Shown one piece after another: positions 49,310 to 58,100 of a stretch of DNA of 64,000 bases (position 1 is the first letter of the stretch; each line of letters starts with the position of its first letter). The position numbers and the translations under genes were made by a program. The notes below the pieces were generated by a model. It saw only the letters and a program-made list of their open reading frames with translations. It did not search any database and was not told the DNA's origin. The stretch is from NCBI GenBank assembly GCA_024229515.1, contig JAAESI010000275.1:131181-195180 (forward strand), read 5' to 3'. The DNA is from Pseudomonadota bacterium. Lineage in GTDB: Bacteria; Myxococcota_A; UBA796; UBA9615.

Positions 49310-50330
49310 CCGCACCCAGCGCAATCGGGGCGCCGTCCTGCGCCATGGACTTCTGCCCCGCGCAGAGGATGCGAACCACATCCAGGCCCTGCTGACCGGG
49401 GGTGTCCGGCTCCCGGTGCTCCCGCACGCAGTCGACGAAGTGCTGGCACTCGATCGCCAGCGGCTCGCTCATCTTCAGGCTGGGGATCCAGATGTCGCCC
49501 TGCCGCAGTGCGATGAGGTCGGCGTAGGAGTCGTAGTCGACCTGCCGGTCCGCGCCCTTGTCGTAAATCCGGATCTTCTCCGTGGGCACCGTGTCGTCGA
49601 ACGTGACCATCTTGCGGCTGCCCACCAGGGTCATGTTCCGGATCTTGTGGGGGTCCAGCCAGGAGGTGTGGATCTCGGCCGTCTGGCCACCCGCGAACTG
49701 CAGGTTGGCGAAGACGACGTCCTCGTTTCCCGGCCGGATGTAGCTGTTGCCGCGCGCGCTCACGTTCCGGGGGGCGGCGCCGAGCAGGTACAGGATGATC
49801 GAGACGTCATGGGGAGCCAGGGACCACCACGCGCTCTCGTCCTTGCGCACGATGCCGAGGTTCAGGCGCTGGCAGTACAGGTAGTAGATGTCGCCGATCT
49901 CGCCGGCCGTGATCTGCCCCTTAATCCACCGGATTCCGGGGTGGTAGATCATCAGGTGGCCGACCATCAGGATGCGATCGCGCTCCTTGGCCAGTCGGAC
50001 CAGCTCCTCCGCGTGGGCCTCCTCGAGGGCCAGCGGCTTCTCCACGTAGACGTGCTTGTCGGCCAGCAGCGCCGCCTTGGCGAGCTTGTGGTGCGACGCA
50101 GCCTCGGTGCACACCGCGATCGCGCCGATACTCTGGTCGTCTAGGAGCTTGGCGTAGTCGTCCGTGATCGTAGCATCGGGAGCAAAAGCAGCCGCCCGCG
50201 CGCGGTTGCGCTCGTGCAGATCGGCGACCGCGACGAGGCGGGCGCCCTTGCGGTTGGCGAAGTTGCGTACGAGGTTCTTGCCCCAGTAGCCGGCGCCTAC
50301 GACGCCCAGTCCGAGATCCTGATCAGCCAC
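49302..50330 (-). CDS. Gfo/Idh/MocA family oxidoreductase (nucleotide-sugar dehydrogenase-like)
   Basis: GAGYWG, VEKP, MVGH, APHD motifs. Confidence 0.9.
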   Translation of the reverse strand: MADQDLGLGVVGAGYWGKNLVRNFANRKGARLVAVADLHERNRARAAAFAPDATITDDYAKLLDDQSIGAIAVCTEAASHHKLAKAALLADKHVYVEKPLALEEAHAEELVRLAKERDRILMVGHLMIYHPGIRWIKGQITAGEIGDIYYLYCQRLNLGIVRKDESAWWSLAPHDVSIILYLLGAAPRNVSARGNSYIRPGNEDVVFANLQFAGGQTAEIHTSWLDPHKIRNMTLVGSRKMVTFDDTVPTEKIRIYDKGADRQVDYDSYADLIALRQGDIWIPSLKMSEPLAIECQHFVDCVREHREPDTPGQQGLDVVRILCAGQKSMAQDGAPIALGADG

Positions 50331-50901
50331 GGCTCACCGCTCCATCTTTCAACACGTAGCCCTCCCCGGTCCCGGGGCAGACGGCGGTGCCGTCGTCTCC
50401 GAAGTGGAGCCGTTCCCCGCTGGCGGAGACCCACCCCAGGTGCTTGGCCGGCACGCCCACGACGAGGGCGTAGGCGGGGACGTCCTTGGTCACGACGGTG
50501 CCTGCACCGACCATGCTGTAGTCGCCCAGGTTGTTGCCGCAGACGATCGTCGCGTTGGCCCCGACCGTCGCCCCGACGCCGACCCGGGTGGGCCGGAACT
50601 CGTCCTTGCGCTCCACGTGGGCGCGCGGGTTCAACACGTTCGTGAACACGCAACTGGGCCCCAGGAACGCGTCGTTGCAGACGGTCACGCCCTTGTAGAT
50701 CGAGACGTTGTTCTGGACCTTGACCCCGTTCCCGATGGTCACGTCCCGGTCGACGTTGATGTTCTGACCGAAGATACAGCGCTCACCGATCACGGTTCCG
50801 CTCTGCACGTGGTTGAAGAACCAGATCTTGGTTCCCGCGCCGATCTCGACACCATCGTCGATGTAGCTGCTGGGATGAACGAAGAAGGATCCGCCGGTCA
50901 T
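50323..50901 (-). CDS. Hexapeptide-repeat N-acetyltransferase (WbpD/WlbB-like)
   Basis: GTKIWFF, KVQNNVSIY, GPSCVFTNV.NPR, GANATIVCG; ATG 50901. Confidence 0.88.
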   Translation of the reverse strand: MTGGSFFVHPSSYIDDGVEIGAGTKIWFFNHVQSGTVIGERCIFGQNINVDRDVTIGNGVKVQNNVSIYKGVTVCNDAFLGPSCVFTNVLNPRAHVERKDEFRPTRVGVGATVGANATIVCGNNLGDYSMVGAGTVVTKDVPAYALVVGVPAKHLGWVSASGERLHFGDDGTAVCPGTGEGYVLKDGAVSRG

Positions 50902-50912
50902 GGCGGCGAAGA

Positions 50913-52151
50913 CTACCGGAATCCGAGCGAGACGCCGAGATTCACGCGGTTGTCGATGTACTCGCCCACATTGCTGCTGGACGGATTCACTGCGCTGAAC
51001 TGGTAGCCAGCGAGGATGTGGAACCACTGCGCGACCATCACCTCGATGTTCGCCGCGCCCAGGAACTGGTGCTCCGTACGCGGGATGCCGGGGTCCGAAC
51101 CATCCGCGTCACCCTCGATGTCGCGGTAGGTGTAGACGAAGCGGGCGCCGATGCCGAGGCGGTCGGCGATCGTGCCCTTGTACTTGAAGTACGCCTGCGT
51201 ATCGGTGATGTGATACGCGTAGTAGTGGAAGCTGAAGTCGCGGTTGAAACCGAGCGCGAGGCGCTGGCTGATGACCGGACGGAGCGCGATCTCCGCGGTG
51301 CCGATGAGCCCCTCGAGGCCGGTCAGGTTCTGAGCCTGAAGCGCCTGCCCCAGGTAGACGTTGCCGTACCCGATCATGCCCATCATGGAGAGCTTGCGGG
51401 TCACGTCGCCCTTGAGGCCGGCCTTGGCCCGCCAGTGGGTGTTCTCCACCGCGGCGTCGTGATTGGCGGCGGCCGAAGGACCGACGAAGATGTGACCCAC
51501 GTCGGCGTCCACCAGGAGGTGGCTCCGGGGGAAGAACTTCCAGTCGAGCGACATGCCGCCGCCGACGTCGTGGGTCTGCCCGAGGATCTGCGCGTTCGGA
51601 TCGAAGACCGGGTAGTAGGACCGCACGTACTCCCAGTGACCGTCGATGCCGATCTGGAAGGCTTGCGTGGGGCGAAGGCGGAACTCGATCGGAACCGCCA
51701 CACTCAGGTCGTAGCTGAGGTCGCTGCCCTCTTCGACGCCGACGTCAGCGCCGCGACGGCCCCGACGGTTGGCGAACTCGGGCGAGGTCCAGAATCCGAA
51801 CTTGCCCTGCCGGTTCGCATCGATGGTCGTACCGAGGCCGAAGCTGGCGAGGTCGCGCAGCGCCGAGTGGTCGATGCCGGCAACGTTGAAGTACGTGAAG
51901 AACCGGTAGTAGGCGTTCAACTCCCAGCGGAAGTTGTCGCCCGGGTACACGAACGCGAACTTCGGGAGGATCGTCAGACCGAGGTCGGCGTCGGGAGAGC
52001 GCTGCTCGCGGTAGACGTTCGAGTCGTAGACCGCCTCGATCTTGATGCTGGGCTTGGCGACCAGCGGGCCAAGCGGAAGCCCGTCGTCGGCGGCGAGGCC
52101 AGACGCGGGAACCAGCAACGTGAGGGCTACCGCCGCGACCGCGGCGCGCAT
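50913..52151 (-). CDS. Outer-membrane beta-barrel protein (BBP2/polysaccharide-export-associated type)
   Basis: Signal peptide, YDSNVYR motif, alternating amphipathic strands, C-terminal Y.DNRV.LG. Confidence 0.75.
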   Translation of the reverse strand: MRAAVAAVALTLLVPASGLAADDGLPLGPLVAKPSIKIEAVYDSNVYREQRSPDADLGLTILPKFAFVYPGDNFRWELNAYYRFFTYFNVAGIDHSALRDLASFGLGTTIDANRQGKFGFWTSPEFANRRGRRGADVGVEEGSDLSYDLSVAVPIEFRLRPTQAFQIGIDGHWEYVRSYYPVFDPNAQILGQTHDVGGGMSLDWKFFPRSHLLVDADVGHIFVGPSAAANHDAAVENTHWRAKAGLKGDVTRKLSMMGMIGYGNVYLGQALQAQNLTGLEGLIGTAEIALRPVISQRLALGFNRDFSFHYYAYHITDTQAYFKYKGTIADRLGIGARFVYTYRDIEGDADGSDPGIPRTEHQFLGAANIEVMVAQWFHILAGYQFSAVNPSSSNVGEYIDNRVNLGVSLGFR

Positions 52152-52290
52152 TCGCGCATGCTTGAAATGGACCTTGTTCAGCCCCACCAGTTCGTATCTC
52201 CGCCTCAAACTCAGCTGCCTCGCCGTCGGGTGTGCGCCCCGGCAGGGCTCCTTGTGCCTCAATGCTGCCTACGAATCAACCCTGGGGCCC

Positions 52291-52857
52291 CTAGTCGACC
52301 GGCGACGAATCGGGGGGTCGCGTGGACCCACCGTCGGCTCCGCCGAACTCCGTATCCGCGCTGTCCGAACCCTCGAATCGAACAACTACTCGAGTCTGTC
52401 CGGGGAACGACGTCCCCACCTGGCCGATGCAGGCCTCGGCCTCAGCCGTGACCGCCTGGCCCTGCTCCCGCGCGATGTACGCCTTGCGGAAGTTGTGCTC
52501 CTGAAGATCCGCGTTCTCGCGGGCGACCGCCTCGGCGAGCCCGTGCTCGGCGTCCTGAGCGACCTTGTGCAGGCCCTTGAGCAGGCCAAGCTTCTCGTTC
52601 AGGCAGTTCAGGAGAATGACGTCGTTGGTGGATGCAGCGGTCTCGATCAGACCGAGCACCAGCTTCATGGACGCGTCCAGCTCATCGACCGTGGCGGAGG
52701 CGAAATCGTCTTTTTGCTTGGCGGTGAGGTCGGATCCCATGATCTCATCGCTGGTCGGTTCTTCCGCGGCGAGCGCGGGAACCGCCAGAGCAAGCGCGGC
52801 CACAAGGGCCAAGCTGCTGAGCCAAATTCGGGGCATGTAGGCGCTACCTCGACTCAT
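52291..52857 (-). CDS. Periplasmic helical protein with a Cys pair
   Basis: AGGAGAGG SD; signal peptide; LNCLNEK...AEACIG. Confidence 0.75.
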   Translation of the reverse strand: MSRGSAYMPRIWLSSLALVAALALAVPALAAEEPTSDEIMGSDLTAKQKDDFASATVDELDASMKLVLGLIETAASTNDVILLNCLNEKLGLLKGLHKVAQDAEHGLAEAVARENADLQEHNFRKAYIAREQGQAVTAEAEACIGQVGTSFPGQTRVVVRFEGSDSADTEFGGADGGSTRPPDSSPVD

Positions 52858-52896
52858 GTGGACCTCTCCTGCAGCGGACCGGAGCCACAGTGACTG

Positions 52897-52925
52897 AGTA
52901 TGGGTTCGCTTAACCCACCTGTCAA
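52897..52925 (-). promoter_or_regulatory. Sigma70-like promoter TTGACA-N17-CATACT with an internal inverted repeat
   Basis: -35 at 52925-52920, -10 at 52902-52897; TGGGTT-N5-AACCCA at 52901-52917. Confidence 0.65.
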
Positions 52926-52939
52926 ACCAGCCTTATCGG

Positions 52940-54361
52940 CTACTGCTTCGCGAGGATGAATGGATAACCAGCGACTTCCATGTCGTCCTCGGGAGGAGGA
53001 ACGAACCGAATGCGTGCGACCACCTTCTTGATGCAGTCCGCGAGCGCCGCGTTCCCGGTCGTGTTGGCAGCGATCTGAACGCCTCCGACGTTGCCGGAGG
53101 TGTCGATGTCGAAGGACACCGTGACCTTGCCTCCAAGGTCGGGGTTGCCCTTGAGTTCCTTCTCGTAGCACTGCTTCACCCGCCCGGTGTAGCGCTTCAT
53201 CGTGCGCGCTACGGACGTGGTGTCTTCGGGACTGCTGGAGACGATGTCCGCCGACCCGGTGCTGACGTTGCCCTTGATCTCGACCTGCTTGGCCTCGACG
53301 GAACCGCCGGGACCGCCGCCGGCGCCGCCGAGCTCACCGGAGCTGGCCGCCTCGTCACCGCCGCCACCGCCTCGCAGACCGGCCTGGTCCGCGTCGCGAC
53401 GGGCCACGGCTACGCCGGAGGAGTTCGCGAGCGCAGAGCCCACGTCGTCACTCAATGAGCCTGCGTCGGACAAGAGATCGGCGACCGCGGATCCGGACTC
53501 GGTGTCACCGGCCGTACCGATGATCGCGAGCAGACCCTTGCTGCTGACCTCTTCCTCGAGACGCTCAGCCCGATCTTCGGCGGACTCGACCGGCTCTTCA
53601 GCCTGCTCGCCCGCATCCTCGGCCGCAGGAGCCTCCGTCGGAGCCTCTTCAGGCTCGTCGTTGGCGGCCACGTCCTCGCCTTCGCCTTCCTCGTCCGAGG
53701 GCAGCTCGGTGGGCGGCGGCGGATCGGTCGGAAGCATCAGCTTCACGAATCGATCGGGGAAGTCCTCCAGGCGCAGCTTCTTGGGCGGCGGCTGGCTCTC
53801 GATCCAGATGACACCGGCGGTGTGGAGCAGCGCCGACAGGAGGAGGATCGCGAGGAAGACCCAGTCGACGTCTTCCCAGCGCCAACCGCGGAAGTCGCTG
53901 TTGCGACGGCGCAGGGGCTGCGGGGGAGGAGCGACGAACTGGAACAGGACCGTGTAGTCGCCGACGTAGACCTTGCCGCGGTTGCGCTCGGTCAACGCGA
54001 GGGCATAGAAGCTGCCCTTCTTCTTGGCGCGGCCCTTCTTGCCCAGGGTCGCGAGGGTCTCGATCTTGTCACCGACCGAGACCTTGCCGTGCATCTTCGT
54101 CGTGAACTGGAGCGCGTAGCGCCCGCCGCGCGGGGAGAAGATCTCGAATCGTTTGGCAGGGGCCGTGTCGGCAGGCACCACCACCGTGCACTTGGGGTGG
54201 TCCCCCACGGTCACGGCCGTGCTGGCTGGAATCAGCCGCTCTTCGATGATTCGGCCGTTGTGGATCACGCCGATCCGGAGAATCTTGCTCTCCGGCGCAC
54301 GCTTACGGTTCGGAGCCTTCGCCCCTCCCGTTTTTCCCGCCCTAGCTGGCTGAGCCGCCAT
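52940..54361 (-). CDS. gltG: GltG/PglI-like energy transducer (FHA-like N-terminus, TM, helical periplasmic region, TonB-C-like domain)
   Basis: KILRIGVIHNGRIIEERL, TM with SxxxH (SALLH), GLLAIIG, C-terminal KQCYEKELK.NP.LGGK...CI...F.P. Confidence 0.75.
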   Translation of the reverse strand: MAAQPARAGKTGGAKAPNRKRAPESKILRIGVIHNGRIIEERLIPASTAVTVGDHPKCTVVVPADTAPAKRFEIFSPRGGRYALQFTTKMHGKVSVGDKIETLATLGKKGRAKKKGSFYALALTERNRGKVYVGDYTVLFQFVAPPPQPLRRRNSDFRGWRWEDVDWVFLAILLLSALLHTAGVIWIESQPPPKKLRLEDFPDRFVKLMLPTDPPPPTELPSDEEGEGEDVAANDEPEEAPTEAPAAEDAGEQAEEPVESAEDRAERLEEEVSSKGLLAIIGTAGDTESGSAVADLLSDAGSLSDDVGSALANSSGVAVARRDADQAGLRGGGGGDEAASSGELGGAGGGPGGSVEAKQVEIKGNVSTGSADIVSSSPEDTTSVARTMKRYTGRVKQCYEKELKGNPDLGGKVTVSFDIDTSGNVGGVQIAANTTGNAALADCIKKVVARIRFVPPPEDDMEVAGYPFILAKQ

Positions 54362-54444
54362 TCCGCCCTCTCGCCCCTAGCGGGGCATCGCATTGCGCAG
54401 AGTCAGTCTGCCGGGAAGGTCGACGTGCTGTCGACCCTCGGGGG
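54362..54444 (-). other. Intergenic cluster of three short hairpins
   Basis: GCCCC/GGGGC 54373-54386, GCAGA/TCTGC 54397-54411, GGTCGAC/GTCGACC 54418-54436. Confidence 0.5.
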
Positions 54445-54927
54445 CTACTCGCCGCCCTTGTAGACGACGAACTTGAACTCGGCGAACTGCGCCTGGCCGG
54501 CCGTGTACATCACCTCACGCACGAGGCTGAACGGGATGTTCCGGTCGCACTGCAGGAGGATCCGTCCCGAGAAGGAGATGGTTTGACGGGACTCGGCAAT
54601 CGCCTTCGCCTCGTCGGCCTTCTCCTTGAGGATATCAAACAGGGGGGAGATCAGCGTCCCCCGCTTGTACTCGTCACCGACCATGCCGGCGCTGACGTCG
54701 ACCACCTGAACACCATCCACGAGGATGCCGCTCTGCGAGATGACGGCGTTGACCGCAACCTCGGGCGACTTGCTCGAGCTGGAGACGGGCAGTCGCAGGT
54801 CGTCCGACGGTGCGATCTGGATGTCTTCGGTGGAGTACGACTTGAGGAGGAACACCAAGATGATGGTCATGATGTCCATCAAGCTGGTGATTTCGAGCTT
54901 GGCCTCGTCGACCTTCCTGCGCGGCAT
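54445..54927 (-). CDS. aglS: ExbD/TolR-family stator subunit (AglS-like), conserved TM Asp present
   Basis: ITSLMDIMTIILVFLLKS TM; ExbD periplasmic fold (ILLQCDRNIPF..VMYTAGQA). Symbol assigned by gene order. Confidence 0.8.
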   Translation of the reverse strand: MPRRKVDEAKLEITSLMDIMTIILVFLLKSYSTEDIQIAPSDDLRLPVSSSSKSPEVAVNAVISQSGILVDGVQVVDVSAGMVGDEYKRGTLISPLFDILKEKADEAKAIAESRQTISFSGRILLQCDRNIPFSLVREVMYTAGQAQFAEFKFVVYKGGE

Positions 54928-54939
54928 CTCGTTCTCCCT

Positions 54940-55650
54940 CTACTTCACGCCGCCCGCGACGACGACATAGGGGAAGAGGGCCGAACGCTCGGTCTCTCCG
55001 TCCTTGGCGTAGTCACGGGTGGCATCCATGACCCCTACGATCGTGTGGTACTTCACGTCGGGGTTGGGCGCGATGATGACGTTGCAGACCTCCGGCGGGG
55101 CCCAGCCTTCGGGGCGGGGATCCGGGGGATCGCAGGGCTCGTCGTAGTCAGGGTTGCCGTCACCGTCCGCGTCGACCTCCTTGAGCTGAACCATCAACTC
55201 GTGGAGCGCGCGGGCGTCGTGGCAAGGCGTCACCTGGTTGGGGACGCAGGCCGGGTCGCCCCGGCAGATCGTCTCACCGCAGTACTGAGTGTCCTGCGTG
55301 AGCGTGATCGTGGTGCACTTGTCGTCTTCGCTGACGCCGCCGGGACCGCCGGAGGCGGCACCCTTCTCGCAGCCGAGGACCGCAGCCGAACCGGCCACGG
55401 TGTAGCCCTCGTCCGTCACACCGACCGTCAGGTTCAGGGGAGGAGTCTCGTCCTCGTCCTTTTCCTGAGAGGGGTTCGGCTGACCGATGGCAGGCAGCGA
55501 CGAGTCGATCACCGCGAGGGTGACGAACTGGATGGACACCAACAGGAACGGGATGAGCAGAGTCATCAAGTTCATGAAGGGGAGCAGATTGAGTTCCGGT
55601 GGCTCGGTACTCTGAACGCGCCTTCGATCAGACGGCTTGTGGTCGCTCAT
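54940..55650 (-). CDS. aglQ: ExbD/TolR-family stator subunit (AglQ-like), TM Asp replaced by Asn, Cys-rich insert
   Basis: ELNLLPFMNLMTLLIPFLL TM; LNLTV..T..G; Y.TIVGVMDATR; LFP.V. Symbol assigned by gene order. Confidence 0.78.
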   Translation of the reverse strand: MSDHKPSDRRRVQSTEPPELNLLPFMNLMTLLIPFLLVSIQFVTLAVIDSSLPAIGQPNPSQEKDEDETPPLNLTVGVTDEGYTVAGSAAVLGCEKGAASGGPGGVSEDDKCTTITLTQDTQYCGETICRGDPACVPNQVTPCHDARALHELMVQLKEVDADGDGNPDYDEPCDPPDPRPEGWAPPEVCNVIIAPNPDVKYHTIVGVMDATRDYAKDGETERSALFPYVVVAGGVK

Positions 55651-55673
55651 GTGGCCTCGCTGGGGCGGAAAGA

Positions 55674-55707
55674 CGGACGCCGACGGTCATTGGACAGTCA
55701 GCGTCCG
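55674..55707 (-). other. Stem-loop between aglR-like and aglQ-like genes
   Basis: CGGACGC/GCGTCCG outer stem extended by GAC/GTC pairing. Confidence 0.55.
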
Positions 55708-55736
55708 GGCAGGTTCCCAAAAAACGAAGGCTTGGG

Positions 55737-56393
55737 CTAACCCTCGCCACCGTCCTCCTTGAGCGTTCCGCGCTGGCGGGCCGTCAGGAGGTTGATGAGC
55801 TTGACGCTGTACTGGTCAATCTCGTCGATCAGCTTCACCGTACGGTTCGTGATGATCGAGTGGGCAATCATGGTCGGAATGGCCACGACGAGCCCGAAAG
55901 CGGTCGTGTACATGGCGACGGAAATACCCTGGGCCAGCATCTGCTGCTTCTCTTCCGGCGCAGCCGTAGCAACCGCCTTAAAGGCGATGACCAGACCGGA
56001 AATCGTGCCGAGAAGGCCCGTCAGCGTCGCGACGTTTGCCCACATTCCCAGATACGGAGTCCGCTTCTGGAGCATGGGAATCGTCTCAAGCGTGGCCTCG
56101 TCCACGGCGTTCTGGATTTCCAGAGCGCTGCGGTTGGCGCGGGTAAGCCCGGCCTTGAGGACGCGCGTCAGCGCAGAGTTGCTCTCGGCGTTGCAGAGCT
56201 TGATGGCGCGGTCGATGTTGTTGGCCATCACCAGCTTCTGGATCTGGGCCATAAAAGCCGCGCCGTTGATGTTGTAGCGGAAGAGGATCATGTAGCCGCG
56301 CTCGATCACGGTCGCCATTGCGATGACCGAGATCACGAGGATCACGTACATGAACTCGCCGCCCTCCCGGAAGAAGTCCAGCACGAACATCAT
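55737..56393 (-). CDS. aglR: MotA/TolQ/ExbB proton-channel subunit (AglR-like)
   Basis: GG.FM..I, ANVATLTGLLGTISGL, GISVAMYTTAFGLVVAIP; AGGAGGT SD. Confidence 0.88.
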   Translation of the reverse strand: MMFVLDFFREGGEFMYVILVISVIAMATVIERGYMILFRYNINGAAFMAQIQKLVMANNIDRAIKLCNAESNSALTRVLKAGLTRANRSALEIQNAVDEATLETIPMLQKRTPYLGMWANVATLTGLLGTISGLVIAFKAVATAAPEEKQQMLAQGISVAMYTTAFGLVVAIPTMIAHSIITNRTVKLIDEIDQYSVKLINLLTARQRGTLKEDGGEG

Positions 56394-56523
56394 TGGTCAA
56401 ATACCTCCTGGCGGAATCGAAACGCGATTCGGGTCTGTCGGGGGTCGAAAATCCCCCCCTTGGGGGCGACGACCGGTGGGTTTTACAGGGAAATCCCTTT
56501 GGGGGGAAGAGTGGACGAGATCT

Positions 56524-56772
56524 TTAGAAGGGCTTCTTGTCCACGGACTTTACGATCTTCGGAATGAAGCTCTCTTTGAGCTGGAGGGTCTCGAGATCCT
56601 CCTGCTCCTGACGGGTGATGATGTAGCCCACTTCAGGCTTGTGGACGTAGCCTTCTACCACCGAACCTTCGGTGTCTTCGCCGAAGACTACCTTCTTGCG
56701 CTGGGCATCCGCATCTGCGGCCCACAAGGTGGCGCTAGCGGCCACGAGAAGGGTCAAAAGAATCCGGGTCAT
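56524..56772 (-). CDS. gltF: GltF/CglF-like small periplasmic protein
   Basis: Signal peptide; VEG.V.KPE..Y...R...ESF..KI..S motif; position after the gltE-like gene. Confidence 0.7.
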   Translation of the reverse strand: MTRILLTLLVAASATLWAADADAQRKKVVFGEDTEGSVVEGYVHKPEVGYIITRQEQEDLETLQLKESFIPKIVKSVDKKPF

Positions 56773-58100
56773 GGCGCGGCTCCTTCTTCAGCGGGCGGGG
56801 CCTCCTCGACAGGAGCAGGCTCTTCGGCGGGCGGGGGTTCTTCGGCGGGGGGAGGCGCAGACTCGCGTGCTTCACGCTGCTTCTTGCGATCTTCCTTCCG
56901 CTTCAACTTTTCCATCTCCGCGATGTACTCGCGGATCGGATCTTCTTCGCCGACGACGAATCCCTGACCTTCACGAACGGCGATGTACTCGTTGTACGTG
57001 TCGATCGACCGAGCGTAGTCCTTGAGGAAGTCGCCCTGGAGGATCCCCAGGTTGCGAAGCGCTTCGTCGCGCAGCTCGCTGTCGGGATCCGCGGCGATCT
57101 CTTCGTAGATCTGCTCCGCTTCCTCCAGCTTGCCGATCCCCCGGAGGGCGACGGCGTAGCTCAACTGAATGACCTGGTTGCCGCTGTTGGAGCCGTAGGC
57201 GGGCTCCAGCAGGTCGTAGGCACCCTGGTAGTCGAGGTTCCGGAGGCGGAGGTGGGCGAGGTTGACCCGCGCCCCGATCTCGTTGGAATCCAGCGCCAGC
57301 GCCGCCTCGAACGAAGCGGTCGCCTGGAACTCCTTGCCCATGCGCCAGTACACGAGGCCGAGGTTGGTCTCGAGCATGGCGGCGGTGTCGCCTCCGGGCA
57401 AGCTCTTGGCCTTCTGGAAGACGAACCGGGCGGTCTCGAACCGGCCCAACTCCATGTACGCCAGCCCCAGCGTGTTGAACGCATCGATGCTGTTGGAGTT
57501 GATCCGGAGGATGTTCTGGGCCGCTCGGACGGCGTCGTCGGCGCGCCCCTTCTTGAGGAGGATGCGGGCCTGTCCGGCGAGCAGCCGGTCCTCCTTGGGC
57601 GCACGCCCGAGCCCCTGCGCGTAGAGCAACTCCGCGTCGTTGAGGCGCCCTTCGCGCTCGTAGGCGATGCCGAGCGCCACCCGGGCTTCGACCTGCTCGG
57701 GATCCGTGGACATGATCGACTCAAATTGCTCGATCGCGCCCTCACGGTCGTTGGCCTGGAGGTAGGCCATGCCGAGGTTGAAGCGAGCCTCTGGGAAGTC
57801 CGGCTTCAGCGCGAGCGCGTCCTGGAGCTTCTTGGCGACGCTGAGCATCCACATGGTGGAGCCAGGGGCGAGGCCGCGGCTCTCGCCGACGGCCTGCTCG
57901 AACAGCTCCATGGCCTTCTCGTCGGACGTCTTCTCCCAGATGGGATTGCCCTCGGCATCGAACTGCGGGTTGCCGTAGGCGTCGACCGCCTGGAGGCGTC
58001 CGTCGTCGGCGACGAGCCGCTCGGGCGGAGCCTCCTCGGTCTCCTGCGCAGCGGCGGGGACGGCGAGGGCCAGCGACAGAATCAGCGCGAGCTTCTTCAC
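56769..58100 (-). CDS. gltE: GltE/AglT-like periplasmic TPR protein
   Basis: Signal peptide, tandem TPRs (ARFNLG, NTLG, TNLG, VNLA, RNLG), charged Pro-rich tail; synteny. Confidence 0.7.
   Translation of the reverse strand: MKKLALILSLALAVPAAAQETEEAPPERLVADDGRLQAVDAYGNPQFDAEGNPIWEKTSDEKAMELFEQAVGESRGLAPGSTMWMLSVAKKLQDALALKPDFPEARFNLGMAYLQANDREGAIEQFESIMSTDPEQVEARVALGIAYEREGRLNDAELLYAQGLGRAPKEDRLLAGQARILLKKGRADDAVRAAQNILRINSNSIDAFNTLGLAYMELGRFETARFVFQKAKSLPGGDTAAMLETNLGLVYWRMGKEFQATASFEAALALDSNEIGARVNLAHLRLRNLDYQGAYDLLEPAYGSNSGNQVIQLSYAVALRGIGKLEEAEQIYEEIAADPDSELRDEALRNLGILQGDFLKDYARSIDTYNEYIAVREGQGFVVGEEDPIREYIAEMEKLKRKEDRKKQREARESAPPPAEEPPPAEEPAPVEEAPPAEEGAAP

Noticed and set aside
55245..55270. 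CRGDPAC, a disintegrin-like RGD in the AglQ-like insert
   Set aside because: A tripeptide in a predicted periplasmic domain; likely chance with GC-rich codons.
56470..56523. Loose resemblance to a c-di-GMP-I riboswitch
   Set aside because: On the non-transcribed strand and lacks the GCAAA/GNRA core elements.
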